Assembly: GCA_964234715.1 (NCBI GenBank)
Contig: OZ174278.1
Reading direction: 5' to 3' (one strand)
DNA from: Podarcis melisellensis
Lineage: Eukaryota
Length of the DNA stretch: 64,000 bases
The position numbers and the translations under genes are program-made. The notes beneath the pieces are model-generated. The model searched no databases. It worked only from the letters and a program-made list of their open reading frames with translations, and was not told the DNA's origin. Below are positions 37,242 to 50,134 of the stretch, piece after piece. How positions within the stretch are numbered: the first letter of the stretch is position 1; each line of letters begins with the position of its first letter.

Positions 37242-40200
37242 GGTTTTTTTAAGGACCCCTTTAACCAGAGGAGCAGCTCCCACTGGTGGTGATAGAACTA
37301 ACTACCCAGCAGCCTCTATTAAAGGCTCAGTCTGGGATAACTTGTTTGCTGAAACAACAATCTAAATTTGCTTCAGCTTGAGCTGTGTATTGAGTTGTCC
37401 GTCTTGAACACCTCATCTTGGACTTGCTTTCTACCAGAACCCTTACCTGTAACGGAACAGTCATTTGTTATTAATAATGAGGGAATGCTTTGAGCAGTGG
37501 TGGGGGAACCTGTGGCCCTCCAGATGTTGTTGGACTCCTGTCAGCTTCAGCCAGCATGGTCAATGGTCAGGGTTGGTGGCAACTGTATAATTCCTGAGGA
37601 CCACAGGTTCCCAATCCTTGGTTTAGAGTCTGAATAGCCAACAGTTCATTATATACTTTATGCAAAATGGCAGAAGCACTACAGAGCATCTACAACCTAG
37701 TTTAAATCAGAAAGTGCTTACTGTAGTGTGGCCTAGGGCAGATGAAATGTTCCCAATCTTCTAACTGTACTTAAGGGAATAGGAGTGTGCTGTAGACTTG
37801 CATGCGCTGTCCTCTCGCACAGAAATCCCCCGCCCTTCCATGGTTTGCTTTTGAACCATGACGTGGCCTTATGTCTTCTATAGCACTAATCAGAATATTC
37901 TATCAAGCATTGAGGAAATAGCAGGACTTGAACATTTTTATTAGGTAAAAATCCCCTGGTAAATGTCCTAGCATGTTTGTTCTGCATTAACCTTTCTACT
38001 CTAATAATCCCTAGCAAGAATGCGTTGGGAGGGAGGGGTACACTGTTGCATTACTAATGAAAACCACACTTGTGATGTTGCTGAAATCCTGGCAGTAGAA
38101 GTGCTTTAATTTGGTCTTCTATTTTTATTCTAAGTCTTGTGGTCTGGGTTGTGCAATACATTAAATTCAGGCAGAAAAGGGATCAAGGCTGCAAGGTGCT
38201 GGTGACTTGGAGAGACGTTGTGAGAAATGTATCTAAGCCTTAGGCTTCAGAAGAATGTGCCGTTACTAGGGAGTAAGCCCAACTACAAACCCTATGACGT
38301 GGTTTTGCATAAATAGGATTGGGAAACTCACTGCCTGTCTTGACTCTGGAAATTTACATATGCTGTTCTGTATTGGCACAGTGTCAGCGCCGGAAGCTGT
38401 CATGGAGACATGATGTGCATTTTTGCTGTCACATTGTTTTATGCTACCAAGTGCATTCATTGCCTTAAGTTGTGCTTTTAGTTTTGTGACTTGCAGCTTT
38501 CACTCCTAGTAGCAGTATAATATACTGAAGCAGCACCTTGGCTGTGATTTTTAGGCTAATAGCCACAGTTCTATAGATATAGTTGCCCTGGCAAGTACAT
38601 CTTTTAAGATCTCTTCCGCTTCCCCAGAATGTTGAGCGGGTGGGGATTTCTCCAGACTTTGCCCGAATCTTGGAGCTATCAAGCTGTTCCCCAAATGTCT
38701 CCAAAGCTAGGGCAACAGGGGTGTCCCCCTCCCACCGCAACTCAGAGCTGGGAAGGAGGATAGATCACCCCATTGGTTGTGTTGACCTTGAAGGTTTTCA
38801 AGTACTTCCAAGAGCCTAGTCCACATTACATTAGTCGTGCATAGGCCATATTACATCACCTGCAAACTCCACCAATCTCTATATGCTTCTCCCCTGTAAA
38901 TTCAGGTTTACTTGATCTGGAGATAATCCAACAAGTTGGGGAAAGTGGAACTCCAAACCTCTCAACTTCAAAGACTATTTGTTTTGGTGTTTTGGTGTGA
39001 CTGTATCAATTGTCACTTTCTGCTACTCCCCTTTCCGTGCCCGTTACTTCCTTAGTGCTTTCATTTCATTTCCAACCATGCTGTAACTATTTAATATGTA
39101 CTTCTTCTGATCCCTCAGAAAACTGCCCAAGCAAACCACACTAAATATTTCTGCCACAGATATTGTGCAGCAATCTGAAAAGTGTGTGTTGAGAATGCAC
39201 AACTGCATTCATTTCTTTTCCAGCCAACGCACTCCTGAAACAGAGATTGTAGCTTTATATGTATGGGTGTATATTATTTTGATCCCTCAGATTTGCACAG
39301 ATCCAGAAAACTGCAAAAGTATGTGCTGAGAATTTTCAATTACCTTACTGTGTGCAGTTCAGCACTTCCTGACTGGGCATTTTTTTGGGTGGGGGTATTG
39401 GTGTTGGGGGGGGAGCAATCTGTCTGCATACCCTGTCAGTACTATCTGTGCAGTGAAATCAGCAATTTAGAAAGTGGGGGCTAACACAAAAGGGAAGAAG
39501 TACTAGTATGAATTTGAATGGGAAAAGTAGATTAACAGGTAAATACTGTGTCTGGTGGGGTGTGTGTGTGCCTATGTCCAAAAGAGAAGGAAATACATTT
39601 TAAAAACAGAACGCACACAACTTCCCCCAAAATGTGTGAAACCTTTTTCTCAGAGTTAGGTTATCTCCACTTTTCACAAGGTGCCGTATTTGGAATGTAA
39701 ATAACCACAGCATTTACTTTTAAGGAAATCTGCACTGCAGCATTGCAGATATACTTGCAGCTTGTCTTTGGCAGGGTGAAGGCAGCATGTGGTATTTAAT
39801 TTATTGATCAGGGCATTGATGTTTTACGAAGTGCATGTTGGCACTTTCAGCAGCATATTCAGGGAGAGCTGGAGATGATTTACCCTGTGAAACTTTAAGC
39901 TATCCAGAGAATACACATATAAAAATCTTTGCGAAAAGGCAAGGAATGGTACTCCATGAGAGTTAATTGTAACTGGAGCCAACTCCCTCCTGCAATATAG
40001 GGATAATATTGCTGCCCTACTTTTAGAGAGCGCGATCACACTGAGATAATGTGTGTGGAGCACTTAGAATGCTTGATGTGTGGTTTTAAATGCTAAGTAA
40101 GCATCAAGTAGTCTGCACTGGTACTTATTGCTTCTGTTCATTATATTAAAGCACAATGGAAACTCATTTGAATAAATGGTGTTTGAAATCATATTCACAT

Positions 40201-42078
40201 TGCCCTCCTGAAAATGGCCTTTTCCCCTTGATATAACAGACTACAAGTCATCCGTTCAGCTTGCCAGGTTGACTGATCATGGAACATTGCTCCATGCCAC
40301 ATCAGGGAATTTTCCACACAATTAGAATCATACCACACAGGGCACCTTACCTGGCATGCGCATATGAAGGTAGCCCAGCAGCCCACTTCCTGTTGGAGAG
40401 TACTGTACTTAATGTGATCGAGTAGTTTTGCAGGAGAGAAGTGTTGGGTGAGGGAGGTTTCTTAGCCCTTCGCAGGCCAGCTGCTTTTTCCTAAACACCC
40501 CACCCCCAAATACTTGTACCACAGGTTTATTTTGCAGACATGAGTCTGGAATCATGCAGTGGTAAAAGCAAATTGGGTGGGTGACCAATATGGCAAGAAT
40601 TAAATAACCCCCTTTCCCACAGTTCTTTGCTGCAGAGCTAGCCTTTTTGGGCTTCTGTTACACATGACTGTTGCCTGCCTTGCTTGCAATTTTGCCCTAA
40701 GCCTGTTATGGGTTAGGTTTAGGTTTGTTTCATTTATCATTGTGTAGTCAGGGATTATGCAGTGTTTCTGGTGTATTTTAGCTTACAGGCCTCCTGCAGT
40801 GTCAAGTCCCTTCAGAATGGATGGGGAATATATATATAGGGGGAATGGGCTTACTACAGAGTTGTTGGCAGACAACATTCACGCTGCTTTCTTCCAGCTA
40901 AATGTCAGGAGTAAGCGCCTGGATAATATATGCTCCAGTACACAAGTTAGGGAACACTTAACTTATCAAGAACAAGGAACTGAAATGGATTACTCCACGG
41001 GCAAAGTGTACAGAATCCTTTTGTTGGTTTCACTCCCAAACAAAGTCTAGCCAGAGTCCCAAGGCAAATTGCAAAACTTGGGTTCTGGGATGAAACTGAG
41101 AAGTGACTTCTTAATGCTTTGGTTTTGAATACAAGTCTGATTCTCTGTGAATCTAACTTTTTGAAGACTGAAAACTCGGTTTAGGATTGAAACATGGGGC
41201 AGGGATGCCAGACACTTGTTCAGTGATGGCCACTCCCTCAGCCATGTACCATAAGGCATTTAAAGCACATGCTTATTTGCTTAATAAAAAATTGTATTTT
41301 CTTTAAGTTGGGTATAGGAGTCCTAACATAATCACTGCATATGCTGGCTTTAAGGGCGAGAGGGGAAGCAAATTCATGACAACAAATGAATTTCTTTCTG
41401 TAATGTGATGCTCGGTTGTTAAGTAATCTGGACAGTTCTTGAACTTTGCAATTTCCACATGTATTATATATACATATGTACATACATATAAAATAAAGGT
41501 GCCCAGTTTCCTAAAGATCAGAAATATGTTTTGTAGCTTTCACTGAAATGGGAGAGTAGACTTCAATATACTCATATTTTTTCCTTTCCCCTTTTTAAAA
41601 TTGGTGCATGTCACGTGACCCTCATGTGCTCAAGAGATTTCACTTCCTTCTCAGAGCAACTCATCCGGAAATGTCTGTGGAAAGGATTTCCTACAATACT
41701 TAACTAGTGTTTAAGGCTGCCACAGGAAGCCTCTTGTTGTTTGCAGATACTGACTTCCAGAAGCAATACTTTAGGAGCTGGAAAGGGTCTTGATTTAAAA
41801 GTAATCACATCATTGAATTCCTTGTCAAACTGAGGAATGGCTTGGCAGCTTCAAAAGTACTTTTTGTTTCTTCTTAAATTCATTAATTGGATCAAATGTT
41901 TATCAACCCAAGGGAGCACTTCCCAGTACCAACAAAGAAGTGTTGAAATTGCACCCTTTTGATACTTTTGGCGTAGGCTAGCTTGTAAGTGGCATTCTAA
42001 TAAGCTGATATTTTTACAGTATTTTCATGAAGTTCAACAGATGAGCATTACCAGGAGATCCCTTTTCTTATTTTTCAG

Positions 42079-42238
42079 GTTCTGTGACCATTCAGCCTGG
42101 GAGGAACAGCGGTGTGTCACCCGTGGAAAACAAATTAAGGCAACATGGATATCTCGATTCTACAGCTATATTGAACAAGTACAGAATTTGGTACTAGTTA
42201 TCCTAGGATTTTTAGCTTTTCATTGGAAACCTAGAAAG
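42079..42238 (+). other. Candidate INPP4A 5'-UTR exon
   Basis: Strong acceptor ccttttcttatttttcag|, non-repetitive sequence, canonical donor AAAG|gtaagc at 42238; a shorter exon ending at 42139 would need a GC donor. Confidence 0.45.
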
Positions 42239-43468
42239 GTAAGCTTCTAGTTTTTAAGTTTGTGGCAAAACTGAAATAAAAAAACATTATGTTTGGGCAA
42301 TTTCTGGTGATATCTCAGTAGGTGTATGTGTATTGAGCAGAGATTTTCAGTCAGTGTGAGACTGCAGGGAAGTTCTGCAAATGTCTTCAGAGATGAGAGT
42401 GTCTTTCACCCTACCATATGTAGCAGTCACAAAATAGCTGCATTTGTTGGATTCACATAATTTATATAGGTTGCACTTTTTAAAGCACAGTCTATACCCT
42501 TTGTTTTAGTAACAGCTATCATAGGATATTTTAGAGATTCAAAAACCATTGAAGATGCATTTAAGACAAGCAATTGTGATAGAAAACTAACTGTTTATAT
42601 CCAAAACTACCGGTAGGTCTGTGGGTTGGATGTTCCCTATCACTGAGGTGCTGTTGACTACAATTCTTGTTTTGGGTTTTAACTGAATCCTGGGGCACAC
42701 TCCAAATACACATGGTGTGAAAGTTAATTTGAACATGACTGGCAAGTGTATTATGTGAAGTAAATGTGCACCCTAGAAAATGCCCCAGAATCCTCTGTGG
42801 CGCTTGGCATTCCATGACTGTCAAGCAGGGGTCTGTGTGGAAAATGTTTTCTATAAATGGAAAGTTTGCAAACCAGTTGCTTGCTATTTTAAAAGACCTG
42901 GGCCATTAAGCTTCCTACAGCTTTCCCTTTCCATTTTGTTCCTTTTGTGGTTTAAGTTAAGCAGATGCTAGAAATAGATGGTGCTTCGGAACACAAGGAA
43001 ATGAAGTCAAAACAAGTCCTCTTGAGTATACATTGGCCCAGTTCATATGATAATTCAAGGCTATGAAGCCTTGAATGAGTGTTAGGGCCAAGCATGCCTC
43101 ATTTATCCAGAATGTAGGACAGGCAGCAAGTTATTGTATTCTCTCCCCAGCCCTCAAGAAGTGAAACTGAGGCATTCTGGAATTCCTGGGTCAGGCAGGA
43201 GAACTGTGAAGACAGCAAGCATGAGACAGCCCACCAAATGGTTTCTTGGTGACTGGAATAAGGATTTCTGCTTCAGCTAGCAAAGTACCAGGGGAAGTAG
43301 GAACTGAAGTAGAGTCTTTAAAATGACATTTGAACAGCTGCAACCAGCTGGGACCTCTACTTCGGCAGGAAGGTGTCCAAAGAAATGGGAACCAGGGGTA
43401 TTGAAGGAAAAGCAGGGAAGTCAGACCCCTGGAATCTGACTGACAGCATGAGTGATTCAGCAGAAGCG

Positions 43469-43600
43469 CCTTATTTTTCCGTCTATAAGACGCCCCCACG
43501 TATAAGACGCCCCCTATTTTGGGGGGACTTAGATTTAAGAAAATGGAGATGTATCCATGTATAAGACGCCCCCTAATTCTTGACATTATTTTTGGACAAA
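43469..43600. mobile_element. Tc2-like MITE fragment
   Basis: ccttatttttccgtctataagacgccccc with three TATAAGACGCCCCC repeats; one end only. Confidence 0.55.
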
Positions 43601-45098
43601 AGCTTCATAGCAGATAGCAGAGCTGTCATTCCTCATTTCCTATCCTTGGTATGAGAACACTTTGTGTGGTCCACCCTGATAGGATTAATATTATTTTTTG
43701 GTACTTCTTCTTCTAGTTTGATTAGAGCAAGACTTGAATAGATTGTAGAAAGCTGTACCCAGTGCATTTGACTGGCAACACCATCTCAGTTGAGATGACC
43801 AACTTATTTGGCTGCTTTTTCCATCAGGTCTCAAGCACCCTCCATGCAAAGTGAACCAAACTGGAGCCATTTTTTAAAAACCACATCAATAGTATTGGTG
43901 TGGAACGTCTCCCAGGCTCATCACCTACTAGACAGGGTCTAGCCAGCCTGGTACACATCCCTATCTGGAGAAGTCAGAGATTGAACCTGGGACCGTATGC
44001 ATTGCATGTTTTATAGACAGTTGCTCTAGGCATTTCCTTTTTGTGGTCCACCTCTCAACTCTAGGAATCAACTCGTTATCATTTTAACCCTTCCTTTTCC
44101 CAATTGCATTTCCTTTTTATCCATCCACCCCCCCCCATTGCAGCAGGCGAAGGGAATATGTAACTCTTTCCCTCACACCACAATTCCATTGAAAACCATC
44201 CCTTCTAACATTGGGAATGGGGGGAAAGAGTGACTGCTTGCTTGACTACACAATGCTATTTTGATTCCAGAAGTCTGGAAGCAGAGTCACTAGCTTGCTT
44301 GTGGAACAGCAATGACCAGTTGCTTACTAAATCATCCACACCTGGAAGTACCCTTTGACCCAAGTTTCCAGTTCATTCTCCTTTCTCTGTAACTTGTTTC
44401 ACTACTGTCACTTCTTTTATGGAGTAAACTTGGTGACGAGGGATGGGATTGCTGAATGTGTTGTGCATCTGCACCCCAGTCACTCCTTACCGGAGGCTTT
44501 TCTCAGCCTCCTCCACCCCTCTTGTTACCACTGCCTTGTACCATGAGTAAACAGGCTTGCTGGCAGGAGAAACTGAGTTAATAAGAGAATAAACTGAGAT
44601 AATAAACTGACGTCAGGTGAATGTAATAGGAGGGCAGCTATATGTTTAGTGTCACAGAAGGGAGAACAGCTCTTTGTGAGTGTTGGTTGGTTGTTTGAAA
44701 GCAGAGGTGTTTATAGGCTGGTGTGGTGCTGGATATGAGAGCAATCCTTAGCCTCTGAGTCACAGGAAAAAGGGCATAGTGTGTTCTACTTAGATCATGG
44801 GATTTGAAATCTGAGTATATTTTTGCTAAGTAAAAACCCCGAATGTCTAAAAATACCATGATAGTTTGTTTTATAAGGCATGGCCAGGATAACATGTCCC
44901 AAGTCCTAGAAGGAATAAAGAAGAAAAGCATAGTCATGAAAAGTTGGACTGCTGCGGTTTTCTATATATAACTGGAATGAACTGGGTTTGAGGGGTAGTT
45001 TCATAAATATGGATGCAAAGATGCATTTCGCTTCTTGGCATTGTTAACCTCTCAAGTTGAGCAAGAGGTTCTTTATGCATGCATATATATATATATAT

Positions 45099-46035
45099 TT
45101 GCTTTCGTAGATTTTCACGGGTACAGGAATGCAGGTTTTGGTGTCCTCGGGTGTCTTCCCGTGTAAAAGTTGGGGTGTCTAGGCGACGTTTCGACGAGGT
45201 CTCACTCGTCATCTTCAGGCTGGTGCTTTCGGCTTCTTGTTACTGGAACAGAGCAGGATCTCAGTGTTTGAGTTCCTATAAATACTGTTGAGGGGGTGTG
45301 GTGTATAGCCTCCAATGTTCTGGGCAGAGAGGAAGTTCCCAGGCTAGTGTGCCTTTTCTTCTTTTGTTCCTTAATTACTTGAGGGATATCTTGAGTGATT
45401 TCTTGAGTGATATCCTGAGTACCACTTAGGTGGGTCATTAGGTGTGGATTAGTTGCTAAAGTCTTTGTGTCTTGACCTCTTGAACTTTGTGAAGAGTTTT
45501 TCTGAGAAGATGGCTGTACTGCACTTAGTTGTGCTCTGGCTTGGCTTCGTGTATAGGGGCGAGCTGTGGTTTTGTGGCCTGTGTCAGCCAGATCTGTGTA
45601 GGGATTGCAGGGGGGTGCAGCATCCGGAGGTGCCACCATGGTTTGGCTACTGGATGGTGTCTGTAATTTATCTGTGGAGAGGGTCTGGGTTTGGGTCTGA
45701 GACTTTAGCAACTAATCCACACCTAATGACCCACCTAAGTGGTACTCAGGATATCACTCAAGAAATCACTCAAGATATCCCTCAAGTAATTAAGGAACAA
45801 AAGAAGAAAAGGCACACTAGCCTGGGAACTTCCTCTCTGCCCAGAACATTGGAGGCTATACACCACACCCCCTCAACAGTATTTATAGGAACTCAAACAC
45901 TGAGATCCTGCTCTGTTCCAGTAACAAGAAGCCGAAAGCACCAGCCTGAAGATGACGAGTGAGACCTCGTCGAAACGTCGCCTAGACACCCCAACTTTTA
46001 CACGGGAAGACACCCGAGGACACCAAAACCTGCAT
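45099..46035. mobile_element. 5'-truncated Penelope-like retroelement with inverted pseudo-LTR arms (45129-45464 / 45700-46035), inserted in a (TA)n tract
   Basis: 336-bp inverted repeat with 235-bp spacer, (TA)n on both flanks, hammerhead core in each arm; this architecture is typical of Penelope-like elements. Confidence 0.8.
45946..45979 (+). ncRNA. Minimal hammerhead ribozyme-like core (Penelope type); mirror copy on the - strand at 45185-45218
   Basis: CUGAAGA-U-GACGAG(ugagac)CUCGUC-GAAA-C-GUC: CUGANGA box, 6-bp stem II, GAAA box and GUC cleavage triplet. Confidence 0.75.
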
Positions 46036-48034
46036 ATATATATATATATATATATATATAGGGCCACATTTCCTTCTAAGAAACCTTCCAAGGGCCACAT
46101 GCCAAAAGTGTACAGGAGGCTAGCTCCTACACATACACTTAGTACCCTCTATCCAGACAAGCTGGAGGTGTCTGAGGACACATTACAGCCAGGCAAAAAC
46201 ATCGTTGGGAAGCATAAACAGTGAAGGGTGTAACCTGGGAGAGATCCAAGGGCCAGGTACAGAGAGGCCTGGGGGCCACATTTGGTCCCTGGTGCTGAGG
46301 TTCCCCATCCCCAGTCATGGATGCCATGACTTAAATCTTAATCTGAGCTACAGAAATGCAACACTTCCTTGAAGAATGAGACTGGTCTATTTTAAAACGG
46401 CTTAGCTTCCCTTAAGATTTCTACAAAATATTTCTTCATAGCTGGATTCTGTGAATTCCCCTGAAAGTTACCCCTGAGTAGTTACTTTTAATTCTGGCGG
46501 TTAAAAACAAATGCATGGCTGGAAAGTTGCACAAAAGAATGAAGCACCTTAAATGTTCTTTAATTACTATGTCTTTGTTCACGTTTAAAATATATTTCCG
46601 TTTTAAAAGCTAGCTATTCCAATAGTTTCAGCTTCTTCTTCTTCTTCTTCTCCTATTTATTTAAAATCTCCATCCATCTGGTGAGAATAACTCATATTCT
46701 GGATTTATGCTGGAGTGAAATCATCTCATTTGCCAAGGAGGCAATTTGTTATGGTGGGAAATCATTGTGTTGTGATAGTGGTGTAAGCAAAATATTTGTT
46801 CTGGGCAAATAGTTTATAATAGTATTAATTAGAACAGAAATACCCAAACTATGTGCCAGAGCACAACAGTGTGCCAGGAGAAAACTGCTCTTGTGCGGAA
46901 AGACTAAAAATCCATTACTGGATCAATTCCCGTCACTTGACACACAAGTGGCCTCTTTGACGTGAAGTGCCCTCCATCAGCGAGGGACATAGTTCAGAAT
47001 GGTGGGAATTCATGGTATAATTCAGAAACCAAACCTCATCCTGAATATATACAAGGGAATGCTATATTTTATGAACATTTATTATGGTTACTTCTTATAC
47101 TTTGTGCCTTTAAAAAAATAAAAACAAAAAACAGAATGGCTCTAAATTAGTCATCTTCTAAATGCATATAATGGAATCTCTTTGAAAACCCCAATTTCAC
47201 ACCTGACGCTATAACGGCAGTTAAGCTCACAGCGATAAAGGCATGTGATATGATTGGAAGACTAAATAGACATGTGTATTTAAAAATCAATATCAATTTT
47301 GAATGCTCAGACTCAGTAATTCATTGTGTGTGTTTTTTTTTCAGATGGGAAAATAAAGCTGCCTTTAAGAAATGCAAAATACCATGCTCTCACCCAAGAA
47401 AACAACAGCCTGCTGTAAGTAAAAAGATGTTTGGTGTAAAATGTCACACACATTATGAAAATTTACTACAATAGGCAGCTTCTTGTAAGCTGAATCATAA
47501 CTCGGAATTCAAGTGGGTGAGACTTGGAATTTTAATCACATTTAAATTTTGCAAATCTTTTGAAATTGTTTTGTTTTTGTGTGTGGGGAAAAAAAACTTG
47601 TTAGAGATTATAACTTGCTCAACTTGGTGACCTCCAGATGGTGTTTTGACTAGAACTTCCATCAGCTATAGCCAATATGACCAACGTCAGAGACGGTGGG
47701 AGCTGTGATCCAAAACTTCTGAGGGATAACATATTGGCCAAGGCTGCTCCAGGGTGTGGCTCACCCAACACAATACTGATTCTTTCCATAGGGATGATCA
47801 AACACATGAATGGATACTCAGACAGACATTTTGATCCGTAGGTCACCATTGGTCTTGCTTGGATGCGACACCATGGTTTAACATTAACAAATATGAGCCT
47901 AGGGCTGACATGCTCTTTCCTATATCTCTTCTGGTGCAGCCACAAAGAGGAGTTCGGAATATTTTACATAAGTTTTTGATTAACCACAGCTTGGCATAAC
48001 ATCCAATCCCAAACAAATGTGTGGTTAATCTTTA

Positions 48035-48388
48035 AAGGTAAAGGTAGAGGGACCCCTGACCATTTGGTCCAGTTGTGAACGACTCTGGGGTTGCGGCGCT
48101 CATCCCGCTTTATTGGCCAAGGGAGCCAGCGTGCAGTCCGGGTCATGTGGCCAGCATGACTAAGCCGCTTCTGGCGAACCAGAGCAGCACACGGAAATGG
48201 CATTTACCTTTCCGCCGGAGTGGTACCTATTTATCTACTTGCACTTTGACATGCTTTCGAACTGCTAGGTTGGCAGGAGCTGGGACCGAGCAACGGGAGC
48301 TCATCCCATCTTGGGGATTCGAACCGCCGACCTTCTGATCGGCAAGCCCTAGGCTCAATGGTTTAACACACAGCACCACCCACGTCCC
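48035..48388 (-). mobile_element. Sauria SINE
   Basis: Reverse-complement copy; TSD tggttaatcttta. Confidence 0.92.
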
Positions 48389-48998
48389 TATTGGTTAATC
48401 TTTACTATTGTTTAAATAAGCCAGCTTGAAAACATAGTTTATTCATTTGGCTCGTTTCAACAAACGCTAAAGATAAACCATCATGTAAGGGTTGGACGGT
48501 ACACTAAACTGGTTAATCTAAAAGGGAGGTGGAAGCTTCAGATCTTCCTAAAGCTGTGGCAGAAGAATGGAGCAGTTGAGTTTGAGGCTCATTGTTAGTA
48601 TAAAACATGGTCTGAACATAGTCAACGTGTGTGACACTGCCTGCTTGTCTGGAGCAAAACCATGTAGTACTTTGTGCAAATTCTTTGACTGCAGCCGAGA
48701 ATCAAGACGCTTCCTAAATGGGTGTTTTTCATTGACATAGGCAGCTTCAGGTTATGTAGATTAGACCATAGCCCTCTTCTGGCATTTCAGCCTGGACACA
48801 TAAGGGGAAAACACCTACGAAGGGATCATAAGGGGGGAGAAGGTGAGTGGCACCAGACGTGTCTGCTCCACCCTCAACCTTCATATTTTTAGGTTAAAAG
48901 TCTGAAGCAGGCTTGTGTGTTTTTCTGAATGTGCTTGCAGGCCTCCTCATAATTGTGAACCCTGATAAACTATTATCATTTTGAAAGCTTCTAAAATA

Positions 48999-49167
48999 CC
49001 GTATTTTTCGCTCTATAACACACACCCGACCATAACACGCACGTAGTTTTTAGAGGAGGAAAATCTGTAGGCATGCCACCCGTAGGCATTTCCTCCATAA
49101 CACGTACAGACATTTCCCCTTACTTTCTGGGAGGAAAAAAGTGAGTGTTATGGTGCAAAAAATACGG
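48999..49167. mobile_element. Tc2-like MITE (short, array-less relative of 25662-27043)
   Basis: TA|CCGTATTTTTCGC ... GGTGCAAAAAATACGG|TA; shares the gaccata and catttcccct subterminal motifs. Confidence 0.8.
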
Positions 49168-49440
49168 TATATGGTGAGGTCTGCTGAAGCAAATGGTCGC
49201 CTGTTAAAATGGTAAATTAATTCTTCTTTAACGCTACCATTAAAATCATTTGAGCCTTTGCTGTTAAAATCAGCATTTAAACGAACCTACTTTGGAACCT
49301 ATTTCAGATTGTGTTTTGTTTTCATTCTGCCTTAGCCTGCTGTCATAAGGGCTGCAAGTGAAGACGACGCTCTATTTTGGTCCTTCATCAAGGCTTTGCT
49401 GTGATCAAACAGTGAAAAGAGGCGTCTTCCCCATGACAAC

Positions 49441-49546
49441 ATGTCAGCAAAAGATATCAGCCCCCGCCATGGTGCAAAATCCCGCACTGTGCAGCGGGCC
49501 TCAACTATTGATGTCACGACTGACATGTTAGATTTGTCTCTGGCAG
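49441..49546 (+). CDS. INPP4A: INPP4A first coding exon ([36 protein letters not shown]); exon probably begins at 49336 after cttAG
   Basis: Translation resembles the vertebrate INPP4A N-terminus as I recall it ([36 protein letters not shown]); donor GCAG|gttagt; 106 nt, phase 1. Confidence 0.93.
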
Positions 49547-50059
49547 GTTAGTATCTTTTCTTCCTACATGTGTCCTCATGGTTGTGTTGAATTCTTAATT
49601 TGTCTTGCTTTTCTGTTTGAAATTCTAGTTTTTTAGACAGTCCCCTCCCCCTAGCACCCAGTGCCGGTAATGAAAAGATTAATTTGGGAACACACACACT
49701 ATTTGTTATATTTGTATTTTTTCCCCATGTTATAAGCAGCGGGCACGATACAAGGACAGTAGATTTGGGAGCAGTATAAATAAGAGACAGAAAAGTGTTA
49801 AAGAGACAGAAAAAAGAGACCAGTCAACACTGAATTTATGTTGTTATGAACTTTTGTACCATTGTCAGTTCTTCCCATAGCATTGCCTTAAAATTTTTGA
49901 ATGAACAATTTTGCATCAGAACCTGTAGATTGGTCTTTCATCCAGATAATTACTTCATGCATGATCAAATGCTTTTATATGCTTAATATGATCTTTGACC
50001 ATTTTTCTTTGAACACTGTTAGGCCTTTTATTTTCTCATTCATTCTGGAAGTGCTTTGA

Positions 50060-50070
50060 AGTGAGTGAGT

Positions 50071-50133
<63 letters not shown>

Positions 50134-50134
50134 C
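50060..50134. repeat. Compound (AGTG)n(GT)n(GA)n microsatellite
   Basis: Direct reading. Confidence 0.96.

Noticed and set aside
45202-45962. Twin 169-aa ORFs with identical C-termini on opposite strands
   Set aside because: Consequence of the inverted repeat; at most the low-complexity tail of a Penelope ORF, not host genes
47140-47470. Possible conserved non-coding element
   Set aside because: Impression only (unique AT-rich sequence with retained CpGs); cannot be supported without alignments
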